DNA of 64,000 nucleotides, taken from assembly GCF_009834535.1 (NCBI RefSeq), contig NC_045696.1, forward strand, positions 117,678,001 through 117,742,000, written 5' to 3'. A program made the translations under genes and the position numbers. Source of the stretch: Camelus ferus. Its lineage: Eukaryota. Shown here piece after piece: positions 59,595-64,000 of the stretch. Position 1 is the stretch's first letter. Every line of letters starts with the position of its first letter. Below the pieces are notes generated by a model. That model was not told the DNA's origin. It did no database searches and saw only the letters and a program-made list of their open reading frames with translations.

Positions 59595-61945
59595 TAAAAA
59601 ACATAATCACCATACCATTGTCTCTCTTAAAATAGTGCAATGATTCCTTAATACTTTCAAATGTCCAGTCAGTGTTAATGTTTCCAATTGACTCATGATC
59701 TATTGAAGTTAATGTGTTTGAATCAGAATAAAAGATGGTTTAGCCATTGCTCTTTCCTTTCAAATAGCAGGACTATTTGTTATACAGAGGTTCCCACAGT
59801 CTGGATTTTGCCGATCGCATCTCTGTGGTGTCTTTTAACATGTTCTCACGTCCTCTGTATTTTTTGCGTACTGGTTTATAGCATATGCGGTATATTCTGT
59901 ATATTAGAGGCTGAATGCTATTCAGGTTTGACTTCTTTGGTGAGTCAGCTTCACTGGTGGTGTTTTTCCTTCTATCAGGAGGCATGAATGACCTGGTTGC
60001 TTCTATTCATACAATGTCAATGATCGTTAATGGTCAATATTAAGATTCATTAGTCATTCCTTGAAAAGTCTTGCTATTCTAATCCTTTCACACCTTCCTC
60101 ATGTATTAGCTTTGAAAAATCTCTTTAGAGAAAATTTGCCCCGATCTGCTGATGGTTTCTCAGTGACACAGAAAGGCAGGATGAACACTTGATTTTTCCC
60201 CTTTATCCAACAATTTTCAAAATGGCACATTGCTTTTCTAGTATGGTCCAGTAGTTATCTATTTGCTTTTCTTAAGTAGCAGCATGAACTCATGGATTTA
60301 AACATATTTGAAAGTTTGATAGTAAAGTTTTATGAGACTCATAAATTGAATCAGGAATTATTTGTTCTTTGTCCTATATTCTGGGAAGTTTGGGGGTAAG
60401 TTTGGAATGATTTTTTAAAAAAAGTTTTTGTAGACTCACTTTAAAAACCATTTGGGATTGGTGTTTACTTTGTAGAAATATTTTAAACTATTGATTAATT
60501 TCTTTTCTGGGTCTAATTCTTGAAAAAGGTTTAAATCTATTGTGAGTATATAGTGGTTCCTTTTTTTTTTTAAAGACTGTGTTTTCTATGATTTAAATGT
60601 TTCATAAATGTCCTAAATCACAAATTTATTAGCTGTGCTTTTCAAATAGTCTAACTTTACTAAGTTTTTGGCTGTTAGAAGAGGTATTTTGAAATATATC
60701 ATTATAATCATGGATATGTAATTTTCTCCCTGATTTCTTCTATCCATTGATTTATTTATTTAGAGATATTTTAGAGATTTGTAAACATTTTAATTTTTAT
60801 ATCTTCCTGGAAAAATTGAACTTTATAGTTTGACTAGGCCTTCTTCTTGGCATATTTAACTATTACAGTGCCTGTTGTGGTAGGCAGAAATCTAAAATGT
60901 CCCTGAAGGCCTCCTGCCCCTTGCTGTACACACCCTGCATGGTCCTGGGGCTGTGACTTTGATGGCTTTTATCCCGTGATTGTGTTATGACACAGCTGAC
61001 CATCAGAAAGGGAGATGATTTGGGTGAACCTAACCTAATCACACAAGCCTTTTAACTGCAGAGAGGTTTCTCTGGCTGGAAACAGAAGCAGAAGTCAGAG
61101 GGATTTGAAGTATGAGATAGATTCGATACAAGGGAAGTTCTTTGTTGCTGAGATCAGGGGAACCACAGGGCAAGGATCTGAGAGTGGCCTTGAAAAGATG
61201 AAAATGATCCCTGGTTAACAGCTAGCAAGACACCAGTGACCTCAGTCCTAGAGCAACAAGGAAATAAATTCTGCCAACAAGCAGAAGGTGCTGCCCCCCA
61301 ATCAAGCCTTGGAATGGGGATGCCACAACCAGACAATACCTTGATATCCACTTTATGAGACCCGAAACACAGATCCTAGCCACGATGTGCCAGACTTCTG
61401 GCCATGGAGAGGATAAACTGATGTCTTTTTAAGATCCAGTCTGCAACCCTTTGTTATGCAGCAATAGAAAACTAATATACTCTCTCTATCCTTAAGAATG
61501 TCTTTTTAATCTTTACATCAGTTTTGTTTGTTACTATTATAGTTATACCAGTTTCCTTTTGTTAGTATTCTGGGTGTATGTTTTCCATCTCATTATTTTC
61601 AGCCTTTCCATTTTCTTATATTTGGGGTATTATTTTGTAAGCAGCATACACTGAATTTTAAAAATTCAATCTGAAAATCTTTGTCTTTTAACTTAAGAAT
61701 TTTGTCCAAATACATTTATTGTAATTACTAATGTCTTTGAATTTGGATCTACTGTGTTCTTTTCTATGATTCTTTAAAAAATTTTTTTGTCCTTTATTGT
61801 CTTTAAAAAAACAGAGTTAGCATTTGCTTTTTGTTTTATCTTTTTCCTATTGAATATTTCCTCTTTATTGGTTTGGAAGTTAAACACTCTTATTCTATTC
61901 TTGCAGTGGTTACTCTTGAAGTTTTACTCTGCATATTTAATAAAA
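59595..61945 (-). mobile_element. Ancient L1 (L1MC/L1ME-type) fragments, interrupted by MLT1 at 60876-61479
   Basis: ataatcaccataccatt...ttccttaatac...aaatgtccagtcagtgtt; ttcccacagtctggattttgc; later T-rich antisense L1 blocks. Confidence 0.6.
60876..61479 (+). mobile_element. MaLR LTR (MLT1E-like)
   Basis: Starts tgtggtaggcagaa, has gacctcagtccta...aattctgccaacaa inside, and ends tttgttatgcagcaatagaaaactaatata. Confidence 0.88.
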
Positions 61946-62154
61946 ATATGGGAATTTTCATGAATATGCATGCCATTCTTATACATGAAACCATGATTTT
62001 TTTCCTATATTGTTTAAATTTAGTCAACATGGAACTGAAGTAAGAAGTTTCCTGGTGTTCTTTGCCTACTTACTTCACTTTCTTTGAAAATGGGGTGGGG
62101 GATGTCTTCCTATTCTTCCTCCTTTGCTCTGTCCACGCTAATGTCATCTTATGC

Positions 62155-62330
62155 AACAGGGCTCAGATTCCAAAATTCTTGCTTGCTGTGTACCACTGAG
62201 CAAGTTCCTTTGCTCAGCTACAAAACAGGGTATAGTAAAAACTAATTTACTGGAGGTTTTGTGAAAAGTAAGATAATATATGTATGGTGTTTCGATAAAT
62301 GCCTAGCATTCAGTAAAATCATTATTTTTA
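62155..62330 (+). mobile_element. MIR fragment
   Basis: cttgctgtgtaccactgagcaagtt...ggttttgtgaaaagtaagataatata...gcctagcattcagtaaa. Confidence 0.55.
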
Positions 62331-63769
62331 TTCAGTATTGACTGTTTTTTGCATGATAAGTTCTTTTGCTTGTATAACTTCTCTCCTCTTAAAAGTATGT
62401 TATGTTTATGTGTGTCTGTGTTCATATCATATTCCACTTTGTCTCACTAAATTATATCACCCAATTAGACAGTCTATTAAGGGCCTTTATGTATAGGATG
62501 TAGAGTGTGAAGGTTATCCCTGGCAAATGGAGAGTGTTCCCTAGGGACCACCCTTCTGTATGTTATCATAATACTATTGAACATAACAGTGCCATGAAAT
62601 GAATGAGCAGCAATAAATGGTAACCCTAAGGAAAGAATTATCACCATCTATAGCCAAGAAGGACAGAGCAACTCTAGTAAGCTGATGTAAATCGAATACA
62701 ATACAATTTTTAACCTATGCATTTGGACTTAAGCAAAAGCCAAGTGGAAAGCATTGCTCCAAAATAGGCTTTCAGAAAAGGGTTCATGAGATTTCGGTAG
62801 CTTCCTAAATTTGACCATGGATGCTTATACCTTCTAATTTAGTGGACTTGAAATTCTTGGCTTCCAAGTAGCATGTTGTAAGAAGCTTATTTCTGGACCT
62901 TCTCCACATGTAATGTATAAAATTAGCATCCTTCTTTGGCAACTCTTCGTTCAAAGCTCCAAGCAAACCCAACTCATCAGATTGTTATAAGTGAAGACTA
63001 ATTAAATGTCCTTCTGTGAATTTCACTTTAAAGTATTTTTTTGGTACAGGTACCTAGAGGTCAGACTTGAGTGGCATGAGTCAAATAAATGATCAGCACC
63101 ATTACAATTATATCAGGACACATAAGGCTTTAAAAAAATGCAGCAAAAACCCAAATGACTGCTTGGTGAATCACATTAAAGTCACAATATAATTATAATT
63201 GTTGATCTTCAAAGATTCAACCTAAGTGTAAGAAGAAGGAAGTCTGCTTAAGGTTATTTCAGACCCTCACAGTTCTTTCTTTTCTGGAATTGACCAGCTG
63301 TGATGAAAACAGCCAAAACGTCTGCCTTGAACAAGAATAACGAGAAACATCCCCACCATTGCCAAGATGGCTAGAACCCATGCAGGCAGAGAGGCTGACA
63401 CTGTTAGAAAGCATAGAAAACATCCCTGCACGATGGATAAAGAGACATGTCCGAGGCCTCCACTGCCAGGGGCAGGCAGGAGAGCTCTTTGAAGACTGAA
63501 AGACACACAGAAAACCATGCTGTTTTCATTTTTCAAGGAACTGAGAACATTATAGGCAGCAAAATGTGGAACTGGGGAATAGACAAGCAATATAACAAGG
63601 TTTCATTGTATGTCTCCTTTCAGAAGTTTCCCCAAAATAAGAAAATTAAATCATTCTGCAGCATGGCCACATTGGAAAGAAAAAAAAATCTATGGAGCGG
63701 GTGAGGAGGAGAGGTGTGCACAGAGGATGAGTTTGTTTTGTCTTTAGAAATCTATACAGTGTTGGCGCC

Positions 63770-63925
63770 TTGCTCCAAGGCACTTTGAATTATTAATGGT
63801 ATTTAGTTATTCTTCCCAACAGCCCTGTGGGACAACACCATTTTACAGATAAGGAAATGAAGGTAAGGCAGACTCAAGACATAATACTCATAATACTTCC
63901 ATCTGTTGGCAGGAATTACCAATGC
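63770..63925 (-). mobile_element. MIR fragment
   Basis: tcttcccaacagccctgtg...ccattttacagataaggaaatgaagg. Confidence 0.7.
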
Positions 63926-64000
63926 ACCCGACATTGAATTAGTGAATTAGAAAATATTATCTCCCTGAATACAGGCCACAGGCACAGGGATAGGCCACCT

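Noticed and set aside
17360..63090. Scattered single AP-1 (TGAGTCA) and GAS (TTCNNNGAA) matches
   Set aside because: Several such short motifs are expected by chance in 64 kb; only clustered or positionally meaningful ones were reported.

Overview
Eukaryotic (mammalian) genomic DNA, not microbial. Seven copies or fragments of a tRNA-Ala(AGC)-derived SINE matching the camelid vic-1 type point to a camelid (alpaca/llama/camel); this is an inference. I find no credible intact protein-coding exon: the listed ORFs are L1/L2 debris, microsatellite read-throughs or short random ORFs. The first ~0.65-2.1 kb looks like the end of a long AU-rich + strand 3' UTR with several poly(A) signals. It reminds me of TBL1XR1, but this is unverified. 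The rest is gene-poor DNA with ancient repeats (MIR, L2, L1M, MaLR/ERVL LTRs, hAT MERs), younger insertions with readable target-site duplications (L1 3' ends, vic-1-type SINEs, two ERV1-type solo LTRs) and a few repeat-free, motif-rich stretches that may be enhancers. The most notable observations are: (1) an unexplained ~120-bp module present twice, 2.3 kb apart, in which a hairpin and an identical 29-bp core are kept while the linkers have diverged; (2) a solo LTR inserted into a SINE, carrying CCAAT, octamer, GAS and TATA motifs; (3) a MER41-like solo LTR with a GAS motif; (4) a twin-primed, 5'-inverted L1 nested in an older L1; (5) a candidate non-coding exon on the - strand. I cannot claim a new biological system from the sequence alone. 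Repeat family names are from recognition by eye, and the boundaries of ancient repeats are approximate.
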